From: a virus | Lineage: Duplodnaviria > Heunggongvirae > Uroviricota > Caudoviricetes | IMG/VR virus record: IMGVR_UViG_3300033153_005726 | Span: 1 to 64,000 of that record | Reading direction: 5' to 3' (one strand) | DNA: 64,000 nt | In this document: one piece after another, positions 1 to 8,845 of the stretch | Position numbering within the stretch: position 1 is the first letter of the stretch | How the letters are laid out: each line of letters begins with the position of its first letter | Translations under genes and position numbers: made by a program | The notes under the pieces: generated by a model | Databases searched by the model: none | Seen by the model: the letters and a program-made list of their open reading frames with translations, nothing else | What the model was told of the DNA's origin: nothing

Positions 1-44
1 TTGCCCGCTGGGGTATTCAAGCAAGTATTGATATTGATTAGTAC

Positions 45-73
45 TTGACAGGTGCAGCTTGTTATGGTAGATA
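45..73 (+). promoter_or_regulatory. sigma70-like promoter: TTGACA, 17-nt spacer, TAGATA, followed by ATAGCAATACA; near-identical copy at 8489..8517
   Basis: TTGACA-N17-TA(g/t)ATA with AT-rich upstream; the same -10-extended sequence TATAGCAATACA recurs at ~8512-8528; AGGGG Shine-Dalgarno 5 nt before the ATG at 105. Confidence 0.4.
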
Positions 74-104
74 TAGCAATACAAATTAAAACATAGGGGT
101 ACAA

Positions 105-422
105 ATGAAAGTCTATATTGCCAAGTTTGAAAAGAAAGAAAAAGAGTTTAGTGTCGAGCATGGGTGTGATTTAACACAGCTTGCTATTGCCCTACACCCA
201 GTTACATCTGTTAATGGCAACGAAGCTTCTGTGTGTCCTCATGGTGTGGAACCTACCATAATGCTTGAAGGTAAAGTTATAGAACATACCCATGTTGTAC
301 AAGCACTCAGAGATGTTGCCGATATGATTGAGCAACAACTTAATAACAAAACAGCAGAGGAATTAATTGATGCCCTTAGACATACAGGAAGCCCTTCAGG
401 GGGAGAACCGCAGATTAAATGA
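105..422 (+). CDS. hypothetical protein
   Basis: ORF with AGGGG RBS; no recognisable motifs. Confidence 0.4.
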   Translation: MKVYIAKFEKKEKEFSVEHGCDLTQLAIALHPVTSVNGNEASVCPHGVEPTIMLEGKVIEHTHVVQALRDVADMIEQQLNNKTAEELIDALRHTGSPSGGEPQIK

Positions 423-603
423 GCGGATAGAGCAACTGAAAGTAGTTGAAGGTATGCAAAAATCCATAATTGATGCTGGTGGACGTTTCTTTTCATCAGA
501 TGAACTTACTGACATGACCATTGCTGACTTTGTTAATCAGTTTGGTCCAAACGGTGTTACCCTCAACACCGTTTGTGGAAAACCTAGGAGAACTGGTAAA
601 TGA
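367..603 (+). CDS. hypothetical coiled-coil protein; overlaps previous ORF in another frame; stop overlaps ligase start (ATGA)
   Basis: ORF track; heptad-like IEQLKVVEG stretch; uncertain whether an independent gene. Confidence 0.3.
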   Translation: MMPLDIQEALQGENRRLNERIEQLKVVEGMQKSIIDAGGRFFSSDELTDMTIADFVNQFGPNGVTLNTVCGKPRRTGK

Positions 604-1904
604 GTTTAAACAATGTATATCATATGCTTGAAGGGATTGCTGAACTTTCGTCAACACTGGCAAAGGAAGAATTACTTGGTACTGCCCTTGAAGACCCTGA
701 CTTCCTCAAGGTATGCCAATATACACTTGATCCACGTAAGAGATTCAAAACCAAAAAGCTCCCACCATTTCAAGAAAATGCAAACGCTAATTCTGTGGCA
801 AACATATTTGATATGTTAGATAGACTTGCCTTCCAAACTGGAGCCAGTAAACATGATAAAGAATCACTTGCATATCATGCCAGCATTGATGAAGAGACGT
901 GGGAAGTAGTCTACCGCATTTGTAATGGTGATTTGCGGTGCGGTATAGGCCAACGCATGATAAACAAGGTAAAGCCCAAGACGATACCTTTCACTCCTTA
1001 TTTGAGATGCTCAAGTAAACGTCAGATACATAAAGCCACATTCCCCGCTATTTGGCAAGTCAAGGCCAATGGCAAATACTCAGAAATGGTGTGCACTGAT
1101 AAGATTGTCTTTGGTTCTCGTGACAGCCATAAAATCAAAAACGTGAAACACTTAAAGAAATTGTACAACCAAGTGCGAGATCAATTTCGCCATAAGGTTT
1201 ACATGGGTGAGCTCCGTGTATGGAATGAAGATGGTTCTATCATGGACAGACAAGCTGGCAATGGCATCATAAACACCAAGAAACTTGATAAGAAAATAGC
1301 TAAACGTATATTCTTCTCACTGTGGGACTGTGTACCTTATGACGACTACATGAATGAAAAATGCGACATACCCTATGATATAAGACTTGATAGTGCTAAG
1401 GATATGGTAGCTGCCATTGATGATGAAAAGGCATTCCAAATAATTGATACAATTATTGTCAAAACCCTTGAAGAAGCCCAGAAGCTTACCAATGAAGAGA
1501 TTGCTAATGGTGGGGAAGGCGGTGTCCTAAAGAAAACCAAAGCCAAATGGAAGCATGGCACCAGTTTGGAGCAATTCAAAATGAAACGTGTTCTGGAGGC
1601 AGAAGTAGTAATTGTTGGCTGGGAACATGGTGACAAAGGTAAGAAGCACGAACATCGCATGGGAAGAATATTTGTGGAAAGCTCTGATGGTGGCGTTTAC
1701 TCTGCAGTAGGGGGAGGGTTTAGTGACAAGCTCAGAGAAGAGAACTGGGATAACCACATAGGTAGGATTATCGAAGTAGAGTACGAAGAAACAACCTTAG
1801 CTAAAGGTGCTACTAAGTATGCTTTATCTGGTCCTGCTTCGTTTGTATGCTTTAGAGACAGTAGAAAACAGGCAGATGCCACAGACGAAATTGTAAATAG
1901 GTAA
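600..1904 (+). CDS. ATP-dependent DNA ligase (nucleotidyltransferase superfamily; RNA-ligase identity not excluded)
   Basis: Motif I-like KANGKY (lysine nucleophile context), motif III YMGELRVW, motif IV GGEGGVLKK, motif V KAKWK, followed by an OB-like VVIVGWEHGDKGK...GRIFVES segment. Confidence 0.55.
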   Translation: MSLNNVYHMLEGIAELSSTLAKEELLGTALEDPDFLKVCQYTLDPRKRFKTKKLPPFQENANANSVANIFDMLDRLAFQTGASKHDKESLAYHASIDEETWEVVYRICNGDLRCGIGQRMINKVKPKTIPFTPYLRCSSKRQIHKATFPAIWQVKANGKYSEMVCTDKIVFGSRDSHKIKNVKHLKKLYNQVRDQFRHKVYMGELRVWNEDGSIMDRQAGNGIINTKKLDKKIAKRIFFSLWDCVPYDDYMNEKCDIPYDIRLDSAKDMVAAIDDEKAFQIIDTIIVKTLEEAQKLTNEEIANGGEGGVLKKTKAKWKHGTSLEQFKMKRVLEAEVVIVGWEHGDKGKKHEHRMGRIFVESSDGGVYSAVGGGFSDKLREENWDNHIGRIIEVEYEETTLAKGATKYALSGPASFVCFRDSRKQADATDEIVNR

Positions 1905-1918
1905 ACGTCAACTTAAAC

Positions 1919-2100
1919 CTCAGAGAAGAATTTATAAAGTATACTTGTGATCAGTGCGACAAAGAACTAACTATGTATAAAGAACATTATGCAGGTTCAA
2001 AAATTGAAAATACATGAATACATGGATACATCTATATATATTAGATAAACCCACAGACACACAAAAAACAAAGCATCACTTCTGCTCTAAAGTATGTGCT
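1919..2100 (+). pseudogene. decayed paralog of the zinc-ribbon gene 22070..22297 (no start codon, frame breaks)
   Basis: Nucleotide and peptide similarity: ...KYTCDQCDKELTMYKEHYAGS... vs RYTCDHCSNKITVGKDVYAGT, and the 3' part acaaaaaacaaagcatcacttctgc vs acaaaagacaaaagtacatttctgc; no in-frame ATG; premature stops. Confidence 0.45.
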
Positions 2101-2116
2101 GCCCGTTTCCTATTAG

Positions 2117-2305
2117 ATGGTGAATAACATGATTGAATTAATGTACGACTCTGTTGAGCAAGAAACTGAAAATGCATGGCTTATTGAATTTGAACCTGGG
2201 ATGCAGGTGTGGATACCAAAAAGCCAGTGTGAAGAACCTGACGGCACCATTGAAGTTAAAGAATGGCTGGTTAAAAAGAAAGAACTTGAGGAATATATTG
2301 TATGA
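2117..2305 (+). CDS. hypothetical small acidic protein
   Basis: ORF track; compact gene spacing. Confidence 0.35.
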   Translation: MVNNMIELMYDSVEQETENAWLIEFEPGMQVWIPKSQCEEPDGTIEVKEWLVKKKELEEYIV

Positions 2306-2490
2306 ATGATGTAACCATTCCAGAATTACTTGATGGTATTGAGTGTCTACTTGCAGAGAGCACATGGCATCCCAATAGCATTAGTAATGATTCAGTCATT
2401 AACTTGATTGAAGTCAAAGGGGATCTTATCAGGGCTAGGAAGAAACTTTTAAAAATAGTAGAGAGAGAAAACAATGCAAGAATCAAGTGA
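2302..2490 (+). CDS. hypothetical protein
   Basis: ORF track; ATGA overlap with upstream ORF. Confidence 0.35.
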   Translation: MNDVTIPELLDGIECLLAESTWHPNSISNDSVINLIEVKGDLIRARKKLLKIVERENNARIK

Positions 2491-2677
2491 ATTAATAGGT
2501 ATGTCCCTAATAGATAAATTTGCTATAGCTGCCCTACCTGCTATCATAACACATCATAGTAAAGCAGAAGAACATAGCTATGCTGAAATTGCTGTACATA
2601 CTTACAGTGTAGCAGAAGAAATGATGAAGCAACGGATTAAAAGAACTGAATCGAGATATGGTAAGAAAAAGAAATAA
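2474..2677 (+). CDS. hypothetical protein
   Basis: ORF track. Confidence 0.3.
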   Translation: MQESSELIGMSLIDKFAIAALPAIITHHSKAEEHSYAEIAVHTYSVAEEMMKQRIKRTESRYGKKKK

Positions 2678-2841
2678 TGAACAAGTCAAAGGAAGTGAGT
2701 GCTGTGTTTAAGTTCCGTGCCTGTAACCTTCCGTGGATATCTTAACTCTCCACACAGATAGTACCCTTTGACTTCCTTTAATTCGGAACTCCTAGCCTGG
2801 AGCTGTCTGTCTCGGGTTTATAGTAATAGCATAACAGTCAT

Positions 2842-2890
2842 AAACCTGCGTAGATGGTGCAATAGGGTATCCTACGCAGGTTTATTTTTC
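2842..2890 (+). terminator. rho-independent terminator: 12-bp stem AAACCTGCGTAG/CTACGCAGGTTT, then ATTTTT
   Basis: Perfect 12-bp inverted repeat with an 18-nt loop followed by a T-tract, in a 245-bp non-coding spacer. Confidence 0.55.
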
Positions 2891-2921
2891 AAGTAACTTG
2901 GCAGGTACATTAAAGGTATAA

Positions 2922-3299
2922 ATGATGAAAGAACTTGATGTCATAATAGAAAGTATGCTGCAACCTGCTCAAATAGATAGGTGGGAAGGTGTACAGTGGT
3001 TAATTAATGATGATCCACGCGGGAGTGGACGCACTCATTTAATGGCATTAGCCTTCATTCAAAAAGCATTATATGCAGGGTACCCAATACAAGTGTGGGA
3101 TCACCATAAACCAAATGCAAGCAATCCACGGTGCATGCACCGTCTATATGCAGAAATACAGAAGTGCATAAAAATAATTAATACTAATTTTGATTATATG
3201 CAACTTGTTCTGCATATACGGCCTACTCAAAATAGTATTGAAGTACTCATCGAACATACAGTAGAACCCCCAATGTATAATGGTGCCGAGTATGTTTAA
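2922..3299 (+). CDS. hypothetical protein
   Basis: ORF track. Confidence 0.4.
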   Translation: MMKELDVIIESMLQPAQIDRWEGVQWLINDDPRGSGRTHLMALAFIQKALYAGYPIQVWDHHKPNASNPRCMHRLYAEIQKCIKIINTNFDYMQLVLHIRPTQNSIEVLIEHTVEPPMYNGAEYV

Positions 3300-3498
3300 A
3301 CCAGTACGATATTTTTATAATGAAGGTGCACCAATTAAATGTCAGATATGTGGTACTGAAGATAATTTTGAAGTAATTAATTCATACATGGAATATATCA
3401 TAATGGAAATGGAAGTTATATGCCCTACATGTAATTGTACAATAGGACATTGGGTTACTGGTAACTGGGATCCTTGCTTTGAATTTGGAGATTTATAA
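3280..3498 (+). CDS. small zinc-ribbon protein (CQIC...CPTCNC)
   Basis: Two CxxC pairs. Confidence 0.4.
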   Translation: MVPSMFKPVRYFYNEGAPIKCQICGTEDNFEVINSYMEYIIMEMEVICPTCNCTIGHWVTGNWDPCFEFGDL

Positions 3499-3680
3499 TG
3501 GATGATATACTGATTACACGCACCAATTTAAAACCAGAAGAAAGATACATGTGTCATTGCCAAAAAGGTTTAATTACATATACAGATATCCCTGCTAGAG
3601 ACAGAATACAATGCCCCAAATGTCTACTGTGGTATGAAGTGTACGATAATAAGAAGGGTAGAGGGGTACAGGTGCTATAA
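3498..3680 (+). CDS. small zinc-ribbon protein (CHC...CPKC)
   Basis: Cys pairs; ATGA-type coupling to neighbours. Confidence 0.4.
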   Translation: MDDILITRTNLKPEERYMCHCQKGLITYTDIPARDRIQCPKCLLWYEVYDNKKGRGVQVL

Positions 3681-4681
3681 TGGATTCTATTCGCCTACAG
3701 AACTTCCAAGCTCACAAAGATACTTTAATAGAATTATCCCCTACATTAACAACTATCACAGGTAAAAGTCACCATGGTAAATCATCTGTGGTGCGTGCCT
3801 TTAAGTGGATGCGTGATAACAAACCGAAGAAGCCACGGTTCATACGTAAAGGTGTCAAGAAAAGTACTGTTACCATAGGTACTGTACGCCATGAACGTAC
3901 TGAGAAAACCAATAAGTATTTCATTGAGGGTAAGAAAGATCCATTCACAGCACTGCGTGGTGCTGTACCTGAAGAAGTGCAACAGGCTTTAGGTTTTGGT
4001 GAAGATAATATCCAAAATCAGCATGACAGTATATTCTTATTGAATGATAGCCCTGGAAAGGTTGCTCAAAAATTGTCAGGGTTAGTTGATTTAGAATCAA
4101 CTACTACTGCTTTAAAATATATTGCTTCCCGCAAAAGGGGACACAATGCGAATGTTGAATCACTTCGCAAATTAATTGAAGATACTGAAGGGCAACTTGA
4201 AAAACTTGAACATGTTGATACGGCTGACGCTGACCTAGCTGAGATTGAAGCAGAAGGGGTGTACATTAAACGCTTGCATGAAAAGCATACCAAAGTAAGC
4301 ACAGCAATTGAAAACGTGTCACGGGCTGATTTGGAGCTTTCAAAGATACCCTCAATTGCCGCCCTTGAACCTGCCAAAAGTATTGCCAAATTGCACAATG
4401 AAGTACAAGTCTTAATAGAAGAACAGAAAATGGTAGGTCATACAGTATGGGCTATAGAAAAATTTGAGGCTGAATTGCAATTTGATCCAAGTAAATTACT
4501 TAAGAAAGCCAAAAGGGTGTGCGGATTGAATGACAAACTTGGCACGGTATCTTTTGCAGTGATGAACGCTGAATCTATTGGGTTAGAAATAGATGATTTG
4601 ATAGTGGAAGAGATTGATTTAAAAGAAAAGAAAGATAAGTTACTTGAAGGGACATGTCCCTTATGTGGGAGATCTGAATGA
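3680..4681 (+). CDS. SbcC/Rad50-like ATPase, N-terminal half: Walker A, coiled coil, ends at the zinc-hook CPLCG
   Basis: LQNFQAHKDT...ITGKSHHGKSS Walker A typical of Rad50/SbcC/RecF-like ABC ATPases; long coiled-coil region; C-terminus ...EGTCPLCGRSE matches the CxxC zinc hook; no signature or Walker B motif in this ORF. Confidence 0.65.
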   Translation: MDSIRLQNFQAHKDTLIELSPTLTTITGKSHHGKSSVVRAFKWMRDNKPKKPRFIRKGVKKSTVTIGTVRHERTEKTNKYFIEGKKDPFTALRGAVPEEVQQALGFGEDNIQNQHDSIFLLNDSPGKVAQKLSGLVDLESTTTALKYIASRKRGHNANVESLRKLIEDTEGQLEKLEHVDTADADLAEIEAEGVYIKRLHEKHTKVSTAIENVSRADLELSKIPSIAALEPAKSIAKLHNEVQVLIEEQKMVGHTVWAIEKFEAELQFDPSKLLKKAKRVCGLNDKLGTVSFAVMNAESIGLEIDDLIVEEIDLKEKKDKLLEGTCPLCGRSE

Positions 4682-5244
4682 AACAATGTACTCGTTGTAA
4701 TACAAATAGAGAGTTAGAAAAATATAGGAAATCATCTTCCTGTAAAGATGGTAGACATACTATTTGCAATAAGTGTAAGAAAAAATACAGTAGAACTAAA
4801 ACAGGTAAAATAAAATCTATTTATGATGATCAACGTAATCATTCTAAAGCGAGAAAGCACCCAATGCCTAATTACACAAAACGAGAATTAATCAATTGGT
4901 GTCTTAAGCAACCTTTATATCATACATTACATACAAAGTGGAAAGCATCAAAATTTTTAAAATCTGCATGTCCATCATGTGATAGAATTGATGATGGTAA
5001 ACCGTACACATTAAATAATTTACAATTAATGACTTGGCAAGAAAATAACAAAAAGAGCCATGCCAACAAATGTAAAGAAGTATTTCAATACGATAAAAAC
5101 ACAAACGGTGTAATCAATAAACATAGTTCTATAGCTATGGCTGGAAAAACAATAGGAATAGCATATCAAGGTATACTTGCATGTTGCAAAGGTACTCAGA
5201 TAACAGCAGGTGGATATAAATGGGGATATGTGTATGAGACGTAA
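4678..5244 (+). CDS. HNH homing endonuclease
   Basis: N-terminal CxxC zinc finger; HNH core CDRIDDGKPYTLNNLQLMTWQENNKKSHAN; C-terminal GYKWGYV-type DNA-binding tail. Confidence 0.6.
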   Translation: MKQCTRCNTNRELEKYRKSSSCKDGRHTICNKCKKKYSRTKTGKIKSIYDDQRNHSKARKHPMPNYTKRELINWCLKQPLYHTLHTKWKASKFLKSACPSCDRIDDGKPYTLNNLQLMTWQENNKKSHANKCKEVFQYDKNTNGVINKHSSIAMAGKTIGIAYQGILACCKGTQITAGGYKWGYVYET

Positions 5245-6154
5245 ATTACAAATGAAAAAGAAAAATATATCAGTGAAATATTTAGCATGTGGAGATTTAC
5301 ATATTACAAATAAACAACCACGTTATAGATGCGATAATTATTGGGAAACAATACAACATAAATTAAAATTTATTATTGATACAGCTAATGAGCGTGATGC
5401 ACAGATACTTATAGCTGGTGACATATTTGATTCATCCAGAATGGGATATGAAGTTACAAACATCATAATTTCTATGTTCCATGAAGCACATAAAATTCCT
5501 TTATGTATAGCAGGTCAGCATGATCTAAAGTACCATACAGACCTTGATAAATGCCCATTGTACACACTGGCATTAGCAGGGGCAGTAAAAATCATTGATG
5601 GTGTGTTTGAAAATATAGCAGGGGCAGGATTTGGTGACCCTATACCTGAAGACAAAGCACAGATTCTTATCACCCATACCACTATCACTGAAAGCACACC
5701 ACCATTCTTTCTTGAAGATGCCATACCTGCTAAGAAGTTTATGCGTATGAATCCACAATTTGAAATTATTGTCAGTGGTGACTACCATGTTCCTTTTGTC
5801 AAGCGGTTGGGTAAGCAAGTCTTGATTAACACTGGTACCTTGATTCGTAACAAGAAAGATATGCATGGGTACGTACCATATATTTGGGAAATTATTATTG
5901 ATGATGGTGTAGTGATTGAGCAGGTGGAAGTACCTCATGAACCATACAGTAAAGTATTTGATCTTGAGGGTATTGAGTACGATAAAGACCATGGCATCAC
6001 CATTGATACTGAACGGCTCAAAGAACTTATTGACTCAGGAATTGATAATAATGACCTAGATTCAATAGTCTGGACGTTATTTAGAGAACTCACTGAACAG
6101 GGGCATCCAATAAATAAAGAACTTACCAAGGAGGTACTTACTCAATGCAAATAG
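5210..6154 (+). CDS. SbcD/Mre11-type metallophosphoesterase nuclease (true start probably at a downstream Met ~5234-5252)
   Basis: Calcineurin-like phosphoesterase motifs ACGDLH, ILIAGDIFD, GQHD. Confidence 0.65.
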   Translation: MDINGDMCMRRKLQMKKKNISVKYLACGDLHITNKQPRYRCDNYWETIQHKLKFIIDTANERDAQILIAGDIFDSSRMGYEVTNIIISMFHEAHKIPLCIAGQHDLKYHTDLDKCPLYTLALAGAVKIIDGVFENIAGAGFGDPIPEDKAQILITHTTITESTPPFFLEDAIPAKKFMRMNPQFEIIVSGDYHVPFVKRLGKQVLINTGTLIRNKKDMHGYVPYIWEIIIDDGVVIEQVEVPHEPYSKVFDLEGIEYDKDHGITIDTERLKELIDSGIDNNDLDSIVWTLFRELTEQGHPINKELTKEVLTQCK

Positions 6155-6390
6155 AGATTGATGAAATACAAGATGTGGTCGATGCCCTTGAAGGTGTGGC
6201 TACCAAACGTATCAAAGCTGAAGCTCGGCTTGAACAGGAAATGGAAATACTTGAAGGTCTTGGGTTCAAGTCAGTTGAAGAAGCTAAAAAGGCCATGGCT
6301 AAACTTAAAAAGAAAATCACAAAACGTGAAGCTGACCTCAAAGAAGAATTCAGTGACTTCATGAATGACTACTCGGAGATGTTTGAATGA
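6145..6390 (+). CDS. hypothetical coiled-coil protein
   Basis: Heptad-rich K/E sequence; ATGA coupling. Confidence 0.4.
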   Translation: MQIEIDEIQDVVDALEGVATKRIKAEARLEQEMEILEGLGFKSVEEAKKAMAKLKKKITKREADLKEEFSDFMNDYSEMFE

Positions 6391-6788
6391 GCATAACATA
6401 TAACATAGCCTGTACCGATTGTAAAAAAATGATATGGGTAGGGCAAGGACGCACATTGTATGGTTACACATATATAGTGGATTTCTTACATGAACACATG
6501 GGACACAATTTGATATTTGTGCGTGACAATGATGCGTTTGAGCTTGAAGAGGAAGGCTATCTAGAATTAGAATTTGAAGGTGTGTTACCCAATGAAAAAT
6601 TATCCCCTTCAGAAGCAGTGTACGGTATATTAGCTTTTTTATCTACAAGAAGTAAACCAATAACTGTTTCAGCAAAGCATGATGCTTCTATATTGGCTGA
6701 CATAGCAAATGATTTCTGCAAAGCTAATAACCTTGCTGATCCACGTGAAGATTACCATAAAATACTGATACACCCAAAGGAAAAGTAA
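6387..6788 (+). CDS. hypothetical protein
   Basis: ORF track. Confidence 0.4.
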   Translation: MSITYNIACTDCKKMIWVGQGRTLYGYTYIVDFLHEHMGHNLIFVRDNDAFELEEEGYLELEFEGVLPNEKLSPSEAVYGILAFLSTRSKPITVSAKHDASILADIANDFCKANNLADPREDYHKILIHPKEK

Positions 6789-7135
6789 TGCATATTAAAG
6801 AATTTGAAAAAGAAAGTGCCCGTACAATGGCTCCTACGATATACCCTGAAGCATTCAATGTTGAAACACTGCATGGTATCATTGGTATTAGTGCGGAAGC
6901 TGGCGAGCTCCTGGATACCGTTAAGAAGGCATACTTTTATGGGCATGAACCTGACCTCAACAATATACGTGAAGAGCTTGGGGATATCATGTGGTACATT
7001 ATGGCTGTTGCTCGTGGACTCAATTTTGATATGGAAGATATCATGAACGAAAACATTGAGAAACTCCGTAAGCGATACCCTGAACAATTTACTAAGGATC
7101 ATTCCAAGTGGAGGTTAGACAAACTCAATGAGTAA
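6788..7135 (+). CDS. mazG: MazG-like nucleoside triphosphate pyrophosphohydrolase
   Basis: GIIGISAEAGELLDTVKK ... EELGDIMWYIMAVA ... NIEKLRKRY: canonical MazG EExxE/D motifs. Confidence 0.7.
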   Translation: MHIKEFEKESARTMAPTIYPEAFNVETLHGIIGISAEAGELLDTVKKAYFYGHEPDLNNIREELGDIMWYIMAVARGLNFDMEDIMNENIEKLRKRYPEQFTKDHSKWRLDKLNE

Positions 7136-7394
7136 CTTTGGTAAAGTGCAGGGTATAGTTTTTGAGGATGCGGCTAACCTGGAAACTTCTAAAGTACCTG
7201 CTGATGAAGTACCTGCAACTGAAGTGCTGCGAAAAACACGGGTACATATCCATAAACAGCCAAGGAGCATCAGGGCACTCAATATTAAATTAGGGAAAGG
7301 TTTAAAGAATCCAAAAGTACTAACTACAATCCTTGAAAATGATCTACTATATCTTGAAATAGAATACGACGATGAACCTGACATCTACATATAA
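7128..7394 (+). CDS. hypothetical protein, paralog of 7600..7842
   Basis: Shared PRSxRxxxxKLGxxxxNxKxLTxxL...LxLExEYDD pattern with the downstream copy. Confidence 0.45.
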   Translation: MSNFGKVQGIVFEDAANLETSKVPADEVPATEVLRKTRVHIHKQPRSIRALNIKLGKGLKNPKVLTTILENDLLYLEIEYDDEPDIYI

Positions 7395-7599
7395 AACTTC
7401 TTCTCATTTTATTTTACAGAAGACCTTGATGACAATAGCCTATTGAAATGTGCTGACTGTGGTAAGTGGGCAATGGCGAGGTACTGGAAACACGTGCAGT
7501 CCTACTGTGAAATATGCGGGGATCATGATGGTATAATGTGTCCCTTATGCGGTAATACGCTTGACTGTGTGTATGATGATGAAACCATAGAGGTAGATA

Positions 7600-7842
7600 A
7601 TGAGCACCAATAAATTTGATGATTCTGAAGAAATACCTATAGAAAAAGTATTCCGTTCACTACCCGTATGGATGCCTGTGCATGAACAACCTAGAAGTAC
7701 TAGGACTGTCCATGTTAAATTAGGTGCAAAATCATCTAATCTTAAAATACTCACCTCCGTTCTTAATGATAATATATTAATCCTTGGACTAGAATACGAT
7801 GACGGAACAATAGAGGTAGATAATGAACAAAAACACCTGTGA
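7600..7842 (+). CDS. hypothetical protein, paralog of 7128..7394
   Basis: As above; a duplicated translation initiation region (atagaggtagataATGa) is present at both ~7585 and ~7810. Confidence 0.45.
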   Translation: MSTNKFDDSEEIPIEKVFRSLPVWMPVHEQPRSTRTVHVKLGAKSSNLKILTSVLNDNILILGLEYDDGTIEVDNEQKHL

Positions 7843-7877
7843 TTCAATGATCAAAGAAAATCAGCAGGAGGACACAA

Positions 7878-8492
7878 ATGGGAATACAAACAGCACGCAA
7901 AAAAGTAGATGATCTCTTGGCTGAACAGCGAATCGCTAAAAAAGCATTAAGTAACTTTAACACCCAATTAGAACAAGAAATAATTGCGGTGGGAGAAATT
8001 GAAGCTGTACAAAAATTGTTTCAATCTGCTGTGGCAATGATGTATGCAAACCTTAGTTCCAAACTTGGGGATATCATTACTGAAGGTATATCAATAGTAT
8101 TCCCTGATGCCCAATTGAAGTTTGTTATTAATTTTGTTGAGAGACGTAACAATGTCGAAGCTGATATCTTACTTGAAGACTCTGATGGTGACCAGTTCAC
8201 TGCCCTTGATGATTCTGGCGGGGGGCTTGCTGATTTTATTGCTCTTTTGCTTAGGATTACGTATATCATTCTGTCTGAACACGATAATATTCTCATCGCG
8301 GACGAACCATTAAAGTTCATTGACCGTGAAAGAATACTTGAAGCAGCACAATTTACTAGAAAAGTATGTGATGATTTCAATTTTCAATTGATAATGGTTA
8401 GCCATATCCCAGAAATGGTGCAGAGTAGCAAAGTTGTTTATGAAGTAAAAAAGAAAAATGGCATTTCTATCACCACTAAAATTAAAGGTTGA
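7878..8492 (+). CDS. SbcC/Rad50-like ATPase, C-terminal half: signature motif, Walker B, D-loop, H-loop
   Basis: DDSGGGLADF (LSGG-type signature), ILIADEP (Walker B), MVSHIPEM (H-loop); short N-terminal coiled coil; no Walker A. Confidence 0.65.
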   Translation: MGIQTARKKVDDLLAEQRIAKKALSNFNTQLEQEIIAVGEIEAVQKLFQSAVAMMYANLSSKLGDIITEGISIVFPDAQLKFVINFVERRNNVEADILLEDSDGDQFTALDDSGGGLADFIALLLRITYIILSEHDNILIADEPLKFIDRERILEAAQFTRKVCDDFNFQLIMVSHIPEMVQSSKVVYEVKKKNGISITTKIKG

Positions 8493-8517
8493 CAAATAAT
8501 ATTGCTCATAGTATATA
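8489..8517 (+). promoter_or_regulatory. sigma70-like promoter TTGACA, 17-nt spacer, TATATA, then TAGCAATACA (copy of 45..73)
   Basis: Consensus -35 embedded in the sbcC-C stop; 17-nt spacer; drives 8552 ORF (AAGGGG RBS). Confidence 0.4.
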
Positions 8518-8551
8518 TAGCAATACACTTTAAAAAATAATCACAAGGGGT

Positions 8552-8845
8552 TTGATCATGAAAGCAAAAGAAACAATTGAAATCACTATACCTAAAGCAC
8601 CATTGAAACGCAACGAACGTCATCCTGCTGCTCAAATAGCTCTTGATTTTGTAAAGGATCTTTCTGCTGAACAAGCTTACATGTACATGACTGTCTTTAA
8701 ACAAGAGAGTACTGATGGTTCATTTGATTCGTGCATATATGCAATGGAACAATTGCTGAATGGTAAAATGATTTCTGATACATACCTGCTTGGTTTGATG
8801 GTAACTATCCAAGAAACTCAACGCCTTAATAAGGAGTCTGAATGA
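8552..8845 (+). CDS. hypothetical protein
   Basis: ORF track. Confidence 0.4.
   Translation: MIMKAKETIEITIPKAPLKRNERHPAAQIALDFVKDLSAEQAYMYMTVFKQESTDGSFDSCIYAMEQLLNGKMISDTYLLGLMVTIQETQRLNKESE

Noticed and set aside
105-603. Possible programmed frameshift joining ORFs 105..422 and 367..603 at a GGGGG run (~398-402)
   Set aside because: No slippery heptamer or downstream structure. Both ORFs are plausible as separate or overlapping small genes. Cannot distinguish from a sequencing indel without reads
2680-2920. Structured small RNA in the 245-bp spacer upstream of the terminator at 2842..2890
   Set aside because: Several short inverted repeats (CTGTGT/ACACAG, GTTCCG/CGGAAC) but no recognisable family or conserved copy. 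Insufficient evidence beyond the terminator itself
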